DNA from: Gordius albopunctatus
Taxonomy: Eukaryota
Reading direction: 5' to 3'
Length of the DNA: 64,000 nucleotides
Assembly (NCBI GenBank): GCA_964276515.1
Contig: OZ193909.1
Location: 8,494,001-8,558,000 of the forward strand
Made by a program: the position numbers and the translations under genes. Position 1 is the first letter of the stretch; each line of letters starts with the position of its first letter. The notes under the pieces were generated by a model that was not told the DNA's origin, searched no databases, and was given only the letters and a program-made list of their open reading frames with translations. Positions 41,701-55,973 of this stretch are shown here, in pieces.

Positions 41701-44700
41701 GGTTAATTTCATTTGAACATTAGAATCTGATGATCCATATAAAAACCATTGTGATATAGAGGGCTTAATCATTTTAAAAAATCCTAGCTATCTAACTTCT
41801 TATAAATAATATAGCTTAGTAACTTTAATTTTAATGTTGTTAATTAAATACCTTGGAAACTTTATACGTGATACGCGTAATAAGCGCGTCTGTTGTGTAG
41901 CAATGCGAGAATGTTGAGGGAATTAAAGGATTAAAAGATTTAGACTTTGTAAATCGCTGAAAAATATCTATCACTCGTTGTTATACTTATGCTACACCTT
42001 AGGGGTGTTGTTTATTATGATGACTACTTTTTCCATATCTTTTGGGTCAATAGGGCTTTGATTTGGGAGAATTGAATGATAAACGGCTTGAAAAGCATTC
42101 CCTATCATTTGCTACGCTTAAAGATGCGCCTGGAGAAGGAGGGGTTAAAGCTGGATTTAAAGGGGAGGAGAAAAGGCAGTTTGTTTTGTTATGGTTGGTA
42201 AAGATAGGCTACTAACTAGCAGGATAGAATCGGAGCTATTCAAACAAATGAATGCGTCGTTTTTTATGCATTATTTGAGCTGCTGAATAACATAGTTGAA
42301 ACCAATTGTTTCTGCTATCATAAATAGATATTTAAAAGTGATTCATTTTTTCCATATCCATGATTATTATATTTGTTTATTAAAGCAAGACATTCGCTGT
42401 CTTTAGTTTCTACGACACCCTAACAAGGCAGTTAACTCGGCCAGAATTTTTTATTGCAATCTTGATTTTGAAAATTCTAGTTTTTTAAATGTTAATCAAG
42501 AACTTCGACTAGTTTTTTTACTTGATAGAGCTTTTGATAATACAGCGTATTTTTGAATTTATATAAAAGATCATGGGGGTAGCAAAGGGGTGCATGGAGG
42601 GGCGGCTGCCCCCCTCTAATCAAAAAAAAATGTTGAAATTTATTTAAATTATGCGGCTAAATTTCCAAAAAATCATCATAATTCCAATCGCAAACTAAAT
42701 TTCATTAACCATTGTAATTTTTGGCATAACTTAAAAATTTATTCTTTCTCGCTTATTTACTAAAAATATCTTATATTGATACATAAATCTAAGCTTTTAT
42801 ATATAATTATTTTAAATTTAATAGGTCAAAGTTTCAACCTCTATATTTGAAGATTATTTCAATAAAACAAAAAAAATTAATGCAATGTTTGTTAACCCCT
42901 GAGCCCCACCCTCCGCTTATATAGTCAGCATAAATACTTATGCGAGTAAAGATGTATTATCCGAAACAAAAATAACATCATTTTTGCAGTAAATTTTGCG
43001 GAAACTTTATATGAGACTTGTAAATTTTTCATATAGAAACTAATTAGTTTTTCGTTAAAAGAAGCTTTAATTACTTTATTTTCGGCAAACTACAATGAAC
43101 ACTATTGAATTCCCAAGTGGCCAAAAGGATCTAAGTTGCAACTGATGTTCCCTTGCTTTTGACATGACATTTTTCCTAATTACGAATATTACTATAATTA
43201 AATTGATAATAAAGCACGATTATTTTACTTTATACCCCCCCCCCCTAGCTGTATTATGTCATTTATTCGCATATTAGTCTCAAACTTTTAACCTAAGCCT
43301 CCTTTTCGCAAATTCTTTGTGGTAATTAATTTTAGCTGTAAATTTAACGGTTTAAGGAATTTTTGATTAAACCATATGTTTTGGGGAAATAAGAGACTCA
43401 GTTGCGGTTAATTCCTTAATGTCGATTTTTGGACAAATTAGCTTGACGCCTGTTTTAAATTAGGTTCATCATCATACGACGTTAACAGATCATCCATGCT
43501 TGGCCTCAAAGATGCATTATCGTCTTTTTGGTCAATTTGTTATATATATCACCTCGTCCGCCATGGTTTCCCAATAAGCAAGTTGGGGGGGGGGCACTTT
43601 ACTTTGATGCCGACAGTTCGCGTGAGGTTTTTGATGTAAGGGAGGAGACCTACTTTTTCAATTGTTAATCCATCATCATAATCTGACTGTCGTCAAATTT
43701 TGATATTTGATAATCTTCAGTAAATGACCCTTATAGCTTATATAAGCTTGCGAACGTCATAAACGATTTTTTGATCCCATAATAGTCTTACTAAATTGTC
43801 ACACGAAGTTAATAATTTTGTTTCCCTTTAGGAGTTACATTCTTAATCACACTCAAAGTTCTGCAAATATCACCAGCCCGACTCGTGATCGGGCTAAAAA
43901 TTTAAAAAATTTGAGGCGGCGGATTGATTATCTGCCTTGCATATTTTGAAATCTTGACTAATAAGTTGTTTAAAAATACAATATTTAACTTAATTTATTA
44001 GGAATGCTGCTGGTTTTACATAATTCTCGTTATAAAATTTTAGATTTTGTATACCCCGGAGTGGTTGGCTTAAAATTAAAAAAAATCGCGCCCAGTTGAA
44101 TTGGAAGTTTATCTTCTTTCTATTTTATTACGTCTTTGTATAATGCTTTAAAAGGGTTTTGACCAATTAATTAATAATACCAATTGATTTGTTTGACAAC
44201 TAGACTTTAGAAATATTTTCCAACTAAAAAAGACAGTAACGCGTGCTATCATGACAAACATGACTTGGGTATGGCAAAATTTTTGAAGGGAAAGCATTTT
44301 AGCTGGTTAAAATGTAAAGATAAAAATATTAATGCCAATTGTGGGCTTATCAATTATGGCATGCGGTTGTTAGAGGGTAGTGCAAGGTATGCCATATCGG
44401 TTGCTTATTTCAATTAAACACACATAGTTTATTCATTTGAAAACATGGGGCCAAAAATTTTGCCAGTTTACGCAGGTGTTATCTAGAAACTCTTCAAAAA
44501 ATATTCCCTAAAAATTTACACATATACTTATTATAAACCTATTAGTCGTGCTAATAATATCTATAACAAAAATCAAAACTTTATGTTTTTATAAAACTAA
44601 ATAAATTTTCACTACATTTTTTAAATAGTCCAAACTATAAAATTACTTTATAAATATATGAGATTAGAAAATCGCATCAATTTTTTGGTGCCTATAACGG

Positions 44701-47700
44701 CAACAAATAATAAGTTAGATCGTGTAAATATTTAAAAAAAGTCAATACAAAATTAAACGCTAAGAAATAGAATTTTTATTTTTGTGTTAATGGGTTAAAC
44801 GCACCCAGAGAATTTGCTTAATTTTATATTTATTCATATCCACAAAAATTTGAATTAAACATCTATTTAATGTAACTTCTCATGCTTAAGTTTTCCTAAT
44901 GGCCTAATTTCTAAATATTCCAGATATTTCAACCGGTAGAATATTACAGGCAGTCTGAATTTCAGCTTAGATCAGTTAACAGTCATTTTTCTTGGTTATA
45001 TATATACGTGCATTATAAGCCCTTGAGTATTTTAAATGAGAAATTTTGAATATTTTATACGAATATGGGTTTATTTTTGCAGCATCAAAGATGACTTAAA
45101 ATGGGACGAGATGAATATATTAGCGACGCACCACCCGGCCAACAAAGATTACGGTCACGACAAAGTGGACGAACCTAAAACACCATACCCCTACGAGATG
45201 GAAGTCTCCGATTTGGACCCCGAGTTGTTGGCTACTTCGTGAGTTTTCCATTTTTTAACGCTGCCCGGCACGAAATGACGTTTTTTTAAATTTTATCAAT
45301 ACTTTCTTTATATTTACCAAAAAAGTAATTAAATTCTCGTTTTTTCTATAAAAACTGCAATTAATAAATATCAAAAAATCAAAAAGGTGACAAAATAATC
45401 AAAAAATCTTATAATGGACGAAAACAAAATAGCACACTATATTAAAAATAGCGTTGGCCCTAATTTCCCGAATCTATACCTCCTAGACCGGGCCACTGAC
45501 GTTCATGGAACCAAGTATGAGTAACCTGAAATCCATCCAGCCATAAAAATTTAATCGTGGATTGGGTCTATATTAAAGTTTGGACTAACTAATCAAAATT
45601 TGATATGTAATCGGTTAAGCAATAAACCATTTTTTAAAGGGATTGTCATTTAAATGTGTTTTGTTAAGGCCGGTGTGAGTATGTTCTTTTCCATGGGCCG
45701 GCCTAACAAAAGAATGAATAGCAGGGAGGGGCAAAAAGTTTTGATATTGATAAAGGAAAGGTATGGTGATAATATAGAATTTCAACCATAATTACGTTAA
45801 ATAGAAAAATTAGGGCAGCTGCTCCTCCCTGGCTAGGCGAATAGTCTGCGCATTTCCCTACCCGCGCCAAAATACCGTGCGATCATTTCCTTTAAATCTT
45901 TCGAGAATGGATGAAAAATTAAATACGATATAATTACAAGGAATTATGATTTTTGGCCGGGAAATTTCATATATATCCTCTAGATATTTTGAGGAATTAT
46001 GCCATATATAAAATATTTTTTTATAGAAATCCATAAAGTTAGTTTCCATGGAGTGATTTGTTTTAATTAAATTTCAACTAATTTCCTAGTTATATCAAAA
46101 ATATTTAATCCTAATATTTGTAAAATTAAATGTTAGATTTTACGATTCGTAAATTTTTGATATACAATTTAAATGACTGCTAGTGGCCGTCATTTTTGAT
46201 AATCGCTGCTATACACCTAGTTGGCTAAAACAAGTTTCACGCTCTTCTGTCGGGTTGTGGTCCTTGCAGAACTCTGTACCGTTTATTTTTGACTTGCCAA
46301 ACTTTATTCTTTAAGGCGTTTTAGCATTTTTGTATGGTGATAAAGCTTCTTAATTAAAAACCTCTTAAGATACAAATCTTGATTATTAAACTGAATAAAA
46401 TTCGCATATAATTTTAGAATACAATCTACTATTTATACAATAATAACAGTTTAACAGATCGTGACCATGGTAAAGCATCACCTCATTCTCCTTCCCACAG
46501 TAAATCTTCCGAAGATGAAGAAGATAGTGTACGAGACCCCGATGAAAATGAAGGTTAGTTTAAACCTTCTCACCCTTAAAATTATAACTTCCTTACCCTA
46601 ATTTATTTTTAAATATATATATATCGCTAATAAACTTTTGCCGACTTTAAAACATATAGTGTTCAAAAGTTGACATCGATTTTCGTCCGAATCTATCCTT
46701 TTAAAACTCGTTAATATAAACTTTGTTATAATTTGATAAATTTTTCGGTAAACTTTTGTAGTCGGTTGAAGGCAATATTTTTGGCCTCTTACGTTGCTTA
46801 ATATGTAATTTCGTTCGCTCAATTTATCGAACCAAGTCATCGCATTTTCTAATTAGTCCATAAATCCACCATCGTGGCTAAAAATAAAGCTAGGAACTTT
46901 ATAATGAAATTGCCGTTAATCTCGCAAAAAGGATTGTTTTTGTGCCAGAAATTGCATTTATTGCCTGAAAATCACGATATTTTACGGAATGAACACAATC
47001 TTTTCTTTGAGATTATAAGGGCTAACTAAAGGAAATCTTGTTATTATTAATCCACGCGTCAGATGATTCCGACGACGAGCATTTCAAAGAGACGAGACGT
47101 AAGCATTACAACGAAGGTTTCATGTTCGCGTACGGAAAGAAATTGGCTCAAGCCGAACTCAAGGAAATGGCAAAGTTGGAAAACAAAGTATCATCCAAAA
47201 CGCTAGTGCATAAAGTAGCCTCGCACAAGGATGTAAAAACTCGGTCTCATGATAAAAGTCACGACCAAGGCGCCCGACGACATCATAAGCATCATAAATC
47301 CTCCTCCTCCTCCTCTACTTCTGTGTCATCCAATAAGTCTTCGCGCGAAAAAAAAGGGGCATAACATAGCATTAATATGCTCGCCCCAATCGATTCCCAG
47401 TCCCACCCTTGCCTCGTGTTTTATTAGATATTTATAAATTCGACTACCGATATTGTTTATAAATGTATATTTATCTTTTTTCATTAAAAGTTCACTATTT
47501 TTACAGTCTACATTTTTGCTTCGCGTTTATTTTTCTACGTCTAAATATGACTCGCCCTTAATTCATCGTATCTGGTTCCGTGTTAACCACAATAAATCGT
47601 ATTGCGCGCTCCATCGCCTTTTGATACTTAATCGTGGACTTTTCGAGAAGTATAATCAATCATAGAATTTCCGGTATCACGGTGTTTTTATTACATCTTT

Positions 47701-48027
47701 CTAACTTAAATATTTTGTAATAAAATTTATACCAACAAAAGCAATTAATAATCCATATTTATTATTTTAAATTAAAATTTTTTGATGGAGTTGTGGCTGA
47801 TATTCATTTCGTACTTAGATGCCCATCATCAAGCGTTTGAAGCGAAAAGACGGCACCACTACAACGAATTTAAAGCTGTGAAGTTGGCGAAAAAATTGTT
47901 GGCTAGCGAAATTCCTGCGGAACTTGATAAAACGGCCGACGAGGATTTACGCCTCAAAGAAGCGGAGTTGAATGCCAAAAAGAATGCACAATTGACGGTC
48001 GAATTAAACGCAAAAAAGGGCCCCTAA
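35725..48027 (+). CDS. PPP1R2: Protein phosphatase 1 inhibitor-2 with two candidate terminal exons
   Basis: Exon 1 35725-35816 ([20 protein letters not shown] motif); exon 2 45083-45238 ([20 protein letters not shown]...DEPKTPY); exon 3 46450-46553 (Ser/acidic); terminal exon A 47063-47364 ([12 protein letters not shown]) or B 47819-48027 ([12 protein letters not shown]). All splice phases are compatible. Confidence 0.92.
37811..37927. mobile_element. Degenerate CATGGG-family MITE
   Basis: catgggtgg...ctggctacgcccatg; TSD ttcccaaa/ttcccaat. Confidence 0.65.
41109..41251. mobile_element. CATGGG-family MITE
   Basis: catggttgta...ggctacgccgatg; perfect 8-bp TSD AGTGTCTC; interior matches 56810-56972. 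Confidence 0.85.
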
Positions 48028-51000
48028 TTTTTAACGTCGTCATTTTGAGCGTATACATAAATTGACCATCTCCTTAAACATATTTTGACGTTTGCGAGCA
48101 TGAGACTCGTTATTTTAAGCATCACGTATGTTATAATATATATATGTATGTAAATTTATACACTCGTGACATTAGAAAAAATTCCATTTATTTATAATTA
48201 GGATAAGGTTCGCATTAATGTTTAATTTAGATTAGTCATCAGAGGCATTCTTTAAAGTACACATTAAAAAAATTTAGTGCATCTTAATAGTTTTTAAAAT
48301 TTTATGACTAAAATTCATTGTTGCGTGGCAAAAAATATTAGCATTTATGCCTTTGTTTGATAAATATAATTTTTATTCGAGTATTTTTCATATAACCCTG
48401 CTTCAATATTGGTGAAGACAGAGAAAAAACAAATTAGCTCATAAAATTTTTGTTAATAAATATTATCTTGTGTTGTTTAGTAGAATTCTGAGTTCGCTTA
48501 TCTTATTTTATAGGTATAGAATAATTATAAATACCTTATTATAACCTTTAAATTTTATATAAGGCAATTTTTATGAATTTTTCCGCCCCAAAAAATTTAT
48601 GGAAATTGGGGCCCGGCTTCATAATATGGGATCATGATCCAAAATAGTAGGGAAAGTTGAGTAATCATAAGCAATTTAAATGAACTATATAATTCGCAAG
48701 CTAATTTAAAGTGTCATTTAGGCTAAATCGTTCAAGCGTTGCACGGGAGTTTAATATATGAAAACGCATCTTTTGTAGCTAGAAGCCAACTAATGCGCTT
48801 TTCAGAATAATTCTCTCACAAATTAGTTATAGAGCAATCTTGGCTGCTGATAAGCCATAATTAGAACTTGAAGCACAATTTATCTAACTTCCAAGGAAAT
48901 GATAGAGGACCACTAGCTAAAGGTGATTAAAGTGGGGGGGGGGACATTTAAATCAGCTGACAAAGTTTAAGATAATCCTTCTCTAGTATATAACAAATGC
49001 ATGGAAGCAGCAAATGTAGTAGGAAACATTAGGCAACAATTGTGCATTAAAATGGATTGCACTTTAAACACTGAGGGGGCCAACCCTGACATAAAAATTT
49101 ATCATTATAGGGGAAAGTATGTGGCTCCATTTAGATATGCAGCGTTTTGAGTCCACTTTAATTAAATGTGTCATATTATCATTAGCATATAGCTGTACCA
49201 TATTGGTGGAAAATTCAACATTAAAGGTTTAAGTCACCATGTTTAGTAAAATTTTAATCACGCTTAATCCTTTTTTCAATTAATCAACAAGCTTTTCCCA
49301 TTAATAGCAGTCCATTGCCATTAAATATGTCTATGATCAAGTTATCATTAAAACAAAATCTTACTTACCAACCTTGGTTAGTAAAATTTGTGCCCAATAA
49401 TTCTTAGGCTTTAAATCTTTGGTCATCCATCCACCTATTGAAGGATTGTGATTTTTAAATCCAGTAAGATTTAAGTAGAAAATATGAACATCTAAAGCTG
49501 TTTTTATATGATTTCTAAACAAGCTTCTAATGTTAGGACATGTAGTGCTTCTTTTATATAATACAATTCAACAAACATTCATGATTCTGCTATTTACTTT
49601 CTCTTTGGATATGATGAATAATTATATATAAAGCAGATAGGGAATATAAGTTATTTACATTTTTTCTAATTTATGTTTTTTAACATGCATATGTTAAATA
49701 CCAACATAAATGGTCAATTATTTTTTTTAAATAAAATTTGTATATTTCTACCCAATATTTTGGCCCCTTCATTTTTTCATACAGCCAAAATGCATATTTA
49801 TTGCTAATGACTGGTTCAATCATAATATACTAATGTCATATTAGTAATTCTATATTAACAAAAGTCAAAAACCATAATCTAATCAGTGATCATCACAAGC
49901 AATATTCCATAGCTACCATTTGGCTCTTATAAATCCACTAACATAATTATGGTCTGCTAAATTTCTGAAACAAAATCGACTTAGTTTAAATCTATTGTAA
50001 AGACCACGAGGCCTTGAGGTCATTACACATCGATTTCGAATTCTTATATAGTTTGAATCGCGAGGTAAGGCTATGACGTCCTTATGTGCTATCTCCTATT
50101 TAATATTAATTCCCAATTATTAAAAAATCTACCTGTAATGGCTCAGGTAATACATTGTTTTTGCGTATTGCATTAAGCCTCATTCTTTCATTATAATATA
50201 AAGCTGATAATTTTCTTCTTTTAACATCCCTAACCATGCGATGATCGGTATAATTTGATCGACATATAATATTTGAAATTTTCTAAAAAATAAAAAAAAC
50301 CTATTTAAACATACTTGTAGTTGTAGGTGTATAAATAAATTCATGTTGTAAATTGATAGGTAATCTAGCGTTTTGGTACCAAAATGATCACTATATGCTT
50401 TGCTCGACCACGCACACTGAGTTGTCTAATATGCGCGTTTGCACAATCTGTGCTCGCTATTCGGTGCACTAGGAAAAACAGTAGCATATAAAAATTCTCG
50501 ATTGGAGAGTTGAAACACCATAATCTGTCAAGCATTGAGAAGATTGCATAGGCGCGTTGCAAAGAGAGGGGGGAGTTAATCTTAAAAAATTTAATGTAAA
50601 TAAAATATTAAATCAAATTAAGAGTTGTTAAATAAAAAGACAAGATTTTTATTGATATTTAAATTAAATTTTTGGCAAATAGCTTTAACCACATTTTTTG
50701 TCTTCTTAACACCTCATGCATCACTGATCGTAGTTTTTTCATACTCAAGGGATTTAGAGCTTATTTAAAAAATAGGATGTCAATACATCGGTAGATTAAA
50801 TTGGCAATATTAACGAGTCATAGGTGTACTCCTACTTTAGATAAAATCTCCAAATGAGAATCGCTGGGCAAATAAAAAATCAAATAGCTATTTATTATAA
50901 TGTTCTTCATTCTATACACAGAATTAATACATTTTCTGTTAGGACCCATCACTGTTTGATAACTAAATTGCCCACCAAGGCTAGCCAAACCCTTTAATTG

Positions 51001-51044
51001 CCCAATTCACGAACGCTGTCTAAGTTTAAGTCATTAATTTAGAA

Positions 51045-51260
51045 TCTATATATATATAGTAAAGTGTATGTATGCATGTATGTATTTGTGTATGTGCATA
51101 AGGGCTAAATTCTGAAACTACCGACCCGATTCGCGCGAAAATTTAAAATAGCTTTTTCAGATTCCTAAAATACCTTTTCGTTTTAAAAATATCGGACATT
51201 TATCAGATATTTCCCGACAACTCGAGCAAAACACATAGTGAGCATTGCTCACGCGAGCAA
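51045..51260 (+). mobile_element. Helitron-like non-autonomous 5' end with (TGTA)n microsatellite
   Basis: A|TCTATATATATA start, (tgta)n tract, then gctaaattctgaaactaccgacccgatt; palindrome GTGAGCA-T-TGCTCAC at 51238-51252. Confidence 0.5.
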
Positions 51261-51370
51261 TTTAACAACTCTAATCACATCATACCAAATAATTTAATTG
51301 TTGTGAAATTTTAAGATGCTTTAATAATATTTGTCTTCATTAGAACTAAATCTATATGTTTATATAATAT

Positions 51371-51405
51371 ACTAGATGAACCCGGCAAACGTTGTTTTGC
51401 CATTT
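51371..51405 (-). mobile_element. Helitron 3' terminus
   Basis: Minus strand reads GGCAAA-acaacg-TTTGCC hairpin followed by gggttcatCTAG|T. Confidence 0.6.
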
Positions 51406-51729
51406 ACCCGGGTGTATTAAATTATGTTGGAATTTTAGGGCATATATGATGATAAAGCGGTTATTGAAGTAAAAATAAAGTTTGATAATTTTTAAACAAA
51501 TAGTTAAAGAGGGTCCAAGGCCCAGGCCCACCTAAGAGAGAAAATCTGACCCCATGCCCACCCCCCCCCCCCCCAAGGGAAAAATCTTTGGCCCCCTTTG
51601 TTTCTGAATAAAACTTTTAATTCTGAACTTAATAATGTCCGAAAAACTGAGATATATCAACATTTATTGGCACTTTGTTAAAAGCATTTTCATTTTGTAG
51701 ATTGTTTGTAAATGTTCAGTAGTTGTGCA

Positions 51730-52209
51730 TAGAGCCCTGCAAGGGGGCCCCGAAGCCCGAACCGGCCTTAATCAAACAATCAGGCCTCGGGCTCGGGTCG
51801 GGCTTGATGAGGCGGCCTGGCCCGAGCCCTACCCGAATCGACTAAAGCAAAGTAATCTTTTATAAAATATGATTTAAACAAACTCAACTCGATATTAAAT
51901 TATTATCTTCTTAAACCATACATAATATAGCTTCCAAGCTTCAATTTTTCCCCTGTCTAATCTGTTAGATAAAATATAATTTATAAAGTTAGATTTTCAG
52001 TTTTAAATTATTTTCTGAATAAATTGTAGCAAGTGAAGTTAAAAATTTTACTTCAAACAATGCTTTATGTATTTATATGGTGAATTTGAAAAATCGGACT
52101 CGGGTCGGGCCAAAAATAAAAAAGATATTCGGGCTCAGGCCAGGCTCGGACAAAATAAAAACTGAGACGTAGAGCTCGGGCAGAATAAATTTTATTTTGC
52201 GGGGCTCTA
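51730..52209. mobile_element. hAT MITE
   Basis: TIR TAGAGCCCTGCA / TGCGGGGCTCTA, perfect 8-bp TSD GTTGTGCA, CCCGA/TCGGG subterminal repeats. Confidence 0.9.
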
Positions 52210-52257
52210 GTTGTGCATAATTTATTTTGCCATCTAAAAATATCTAACTCAATACTA

Positions 52258-52403
52258 TATGGGCGTAGCCAGGGGACGCAGGGAGGGGTGGTTGCCCCCT
52301 CTAAATCCAAATATAATTATAACTAGGATTTCAAAATATCATCATTTTGTTCCTCCCTAATCATTATTGTTCCATTCTAATTCCATTACTAGCTACGCTC
52401 ATG
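52258..52403. mobile_element. CATGGG-family MITE
   Basis: tatgggcgtagccagg...agctacgctcatg; imperfect TSD caatacta/caatcta. Confidence 0.7.
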
Positions 52404-53739
52404 CAATCTATTTAAAATTTAGATTCAATATTTATGAAGTTTATGCGTATATGGAATCAATATAATTTTATATTTTTAAAAATTACCAAGACACTTATTG
52501 ACTAGACTCCAATGGCTGTTTATTAGAAGAGATATTGGCAAATAAATGGTGCAAAAGTTGTGAGAAAACCTAGACACTAGCTTCTAACAAATCCAGCTTT
52601 CATGAATTTAAGATAAGTATCTATGTTTGAAAATGGGATAGGTTTAGAGAGAGTTTTGTAAAATTAATTCTCTATTTGTTTCAGGGATTTAAAAATCTTT
52701 AAATTTGGTGTCATAAGATATGTTTGTAGGATCATCACTGCTACTCGGGTTCTTACCATTGATTTTTTATTGCTTATTACTTCAGTTTCCTGAATACCTT
52801 CCGCTACAAAACAAGCGAAGACTTCTCTGTGATAAATATTTCATTTTTGCGAGACCTAAAAATTCAAATGAAAGTCAATTACGGTGGCAGGGATGGGTTT
52901 ATTTCACACTTACTAAGCCAAACTCCTTTGACTTAGTAGTTCTGTAACTCTATATAATTTTTTGCCAAGTTCCTGTTCAATGTATTATAAATTTGATATA
53001 GAGAAATTTCGCCCTTCTTTTTAGCAACGTTAATGACAAAACACCGCTCATGTGTGAATTAGTCTAACATATATCGTAGGTATAATTCTTTTTTCCTGAA
53101 TTCTATTTGTTTATGATCGATCTAGGCCCTAATAGTCTTTTTTAACATTGTGTATGTTATCTCTTAATTTAATATTAACCAGTTGTGGTCCTTGCACCAC
53201 TTGGCTAGGGTTTTGACATTTATGTTTACCAGGCATAGAGCCTTGTGGCTTACGACCAGTGAAAATTAGGAGTTTTGTCCACGGAAGGGGTAGACATGTC
53301 GTATATGGATATTTATGTTTATTGGCAGTTAATATATGATGCGTCTTAAAGAATATAAATTTTTTTGAAATTTTTTATGATATTTAAAAGTAGGGGAGCA
53401 ATTTGTTATGGTTAGATGTTTACAGGTGTATAAGGTTATGCTTATGAGAGAAATTTTTATTGTATAAATTTAACAAATTAAATGTGATTCTTACATAAGT
53501 AAATTGTAAAGGTTGCACCCAAATCTAGCTCTTTAATTAATTGAAAGTTCATAATATTATCGCTGATATGATAAAACTTTTAAATTAAAAAACATATGGA
53601 AATTTGAAAATCGTAGCCGTAGCATTATCGTAGCTTCGGGATTGTGCGTTTTCGGGATTTAGTCTATATCCCGTTGCAATAAATACCATCGTTAAACATT
53701 TTACCATTACTTACAATATTTGCTCATGGTATATTATAA

Positions 53740-54520
53740 AGTTAATAATATAAAAAAATGGTATAAGAAAAATTACATACACGACTAAAAAATATTAAAA
53801 ACGCGTTGAAACTAAACGGATGGGATCCGTGTATGGAAATCGTGTTGGATTTAACGATTTCCATTGTGATATTTTTTCCTGATAAAAAGTATTCTTTCAA
53901 ATCTAAGGAGACGCTGGAGATCGCTTTTCCAATTTGTTTCAGGAGAGCGAGAGCTTCAATGCCTAAATTCCCGATTGTGGTTGCCACTACGGGAATAAAT
54001 ATTGTCTCCCCGAGGGAAGAATATTTGGCTGTCTTCCTATTCTCTGCACCGACTATAAGGTCGGGAGAAGAGTTGGATGGGGCAAATATGTCGACCATGG
54101 TGAAATCCTAAGTGAGATTCAGTTCTCAGTTCACGGGACCATGGGATGAGTGTGACCCCGTCTGGTCTTTTACCGTCGGTGGTGCTAAGGCCAACAGGCT
54201 TCAAAGTGTTAGGGTATCCAGCCTTCCTAAGGTACTGTCCGATGATTTTGTTGATTGACGTGTGCCTGGGGCTGCGGCCTTTGCTGTATTTGCAATGGAG
54301 AGGATGATGACCATTGGGTTGAACCGGCTGTTTGCATAGATCGCATACGAAAGGGGATACTATGTCGCATCCGAGAGGGAGGCCTATGGCTATGCGTAAC
54401 TCCTCCCCAGACATATGGAGTCCCAAATTCCTGCTCGGGATAGCTTCGAGCCATTCGTAACCGCTCTTGGAAGAAGCCCAATTGAATAGGAGTTTTCCCT
54501 GAGATAGTTCGTTCGAAGAG
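53740..54520 (-). mobile_element. 5'-truncated non-LTR retrotransposon with restriction-like endonuclease (CRE-like)
   Basis: WLEAIPSRNLGL, zinc knuckle CDLC...HPLHC, RH..IN, DGKRPDGVTLIPW, (W)DFT, AENRKTAKY, FIPVV..T.G; frameshift near 54110; no RT portion present. Confidence 0.85.
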
Positions 54521-55667
54521 TAACATTTTACACAAATCAAAATTTTTACCTTAATTTTGAGCTTTTAAACTAATTTCTACAAACTTCCTATACCCCGTAT
54601 ATATTTAAATAGCCTTAGTCTAGTCCTTTAAATTACATAGTTTAGTTGTTATTTAACTATAAGTGTTTTATTATTATAAATAATTCAATGTCGCTTAAAG
54701 ACCTGTACTGCTCGGCCAGATCCGAGGGCCAGGCTACGATGTGTCTTTGCTTCAAAAAATAAGGAGCCGGATTATCACAGGCCTTAACTTTATCTAGACG
54801 GGCCGGAGTAAAGCCTACTGAAAGCCGTTAACCAAATAATTTAGATTTTTTGTGTATTAATATGTATAAACAAAGATGGATTTTAAATATTTAATGTTTA
54901 TTTAATTAATAATATAAATAAAGTTACATTTTACTCGTTATTAATTAATTAATTAATTGACTCATTCAAAGTATTATTTACATGATAATTCTTTGTTAAT
55001 AGACTCTTATTTGCATGCGAAGAACCGATGAAACAAGAATGGGGAAGCTTTGTAATAGTAACGAGTTTAGGGGACTATGATCGCAAAAAGTTCACAGCCA
55101 ACAAAAGGAATACACGATTATCCACCTCACTACAAAAATTTAAAAGACACTGTTCTTCGAACATTAACGAGCAAGGACGATTATCAACGGTGACTACACC
55201 ATAGAACACACCGTGCTTAGAGCCTTAACTTTTGATGCACAATAAATTACCTCTCTACATTTGAATATAAAAAAACCATGCGATTTGGCTGTGTACAACA
55301 TTAGTAAGCCGGACAAGGGCCTATCACTTAAAATTTTGATGGGCCCAGGCTTTTATATATTTCTAATGAATGGGTCGATTGACCTAAAGGACCCTCCACA
55401 GGTCAATTACGATTGATCATGTTGTAAGTCGAAGGTAAGATATAAGATTTGTGAACTTAAAAGTGTTATGAACTTCAAGTGGTATGAGTTCAAGTACTCA
55501 AAGGAATATCTGACTATGAAGCTTGACAAATAGCGATGGAGATGAAAATCTTCAATCAGCCTCAACCCCTCCCCACTTGTGTAAACTAAAAGTTAGCCCC
55601 CCCCCCCCCCCTGAGGAGGAGTTGCTACCGGTGGAATACTTAAAAATTATCAGTGTATTAGCGCAAC

Positions 55668-55973
55668 CATAGACTAATAAAACCATAGACTGCCGAACAG
55701 CTGATAAATTTTCAGCAAATATAGCAAACGACATATTGTGGGATTGGAACCAAACAATAGAATTCAGCATAATTTATAGTTCTAATTTACTTATGTTCTT
55801 TAATTTATAAATTAGGCTATTACAGTTATTTATTTTCTACACTATTTTATCGTGGAGAAGTATAAATATACCTATTTTTGAGTTTTTCAACAATATGACA
55901 GCTATTTTGGTGTCTGAATGATTTTAATAGTAAAAATAAGCTGTTCGGCAGTATATGGTTTTATTAGTCTATG
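55668..55973. mobile_element. MITE with CATAGAC termini (P-element-like or hAT)
   Basis: 35-bp TIR with 1 mismatch (CATAGACTAATAAAACCATAGACTGCCGAACAGCT); TSD agcgcaac/agtgcaac. Confidence 0.9.

Noticed and set aside
48750..49950. Possible ancient LINE remnants (similar stretches at 12300-12800, 43380-43860, 53100-53500, 55000-55540)
   Set aside because: Composition is suggestive, but I could not recover convincing motifs by eye; a profile search is needed.
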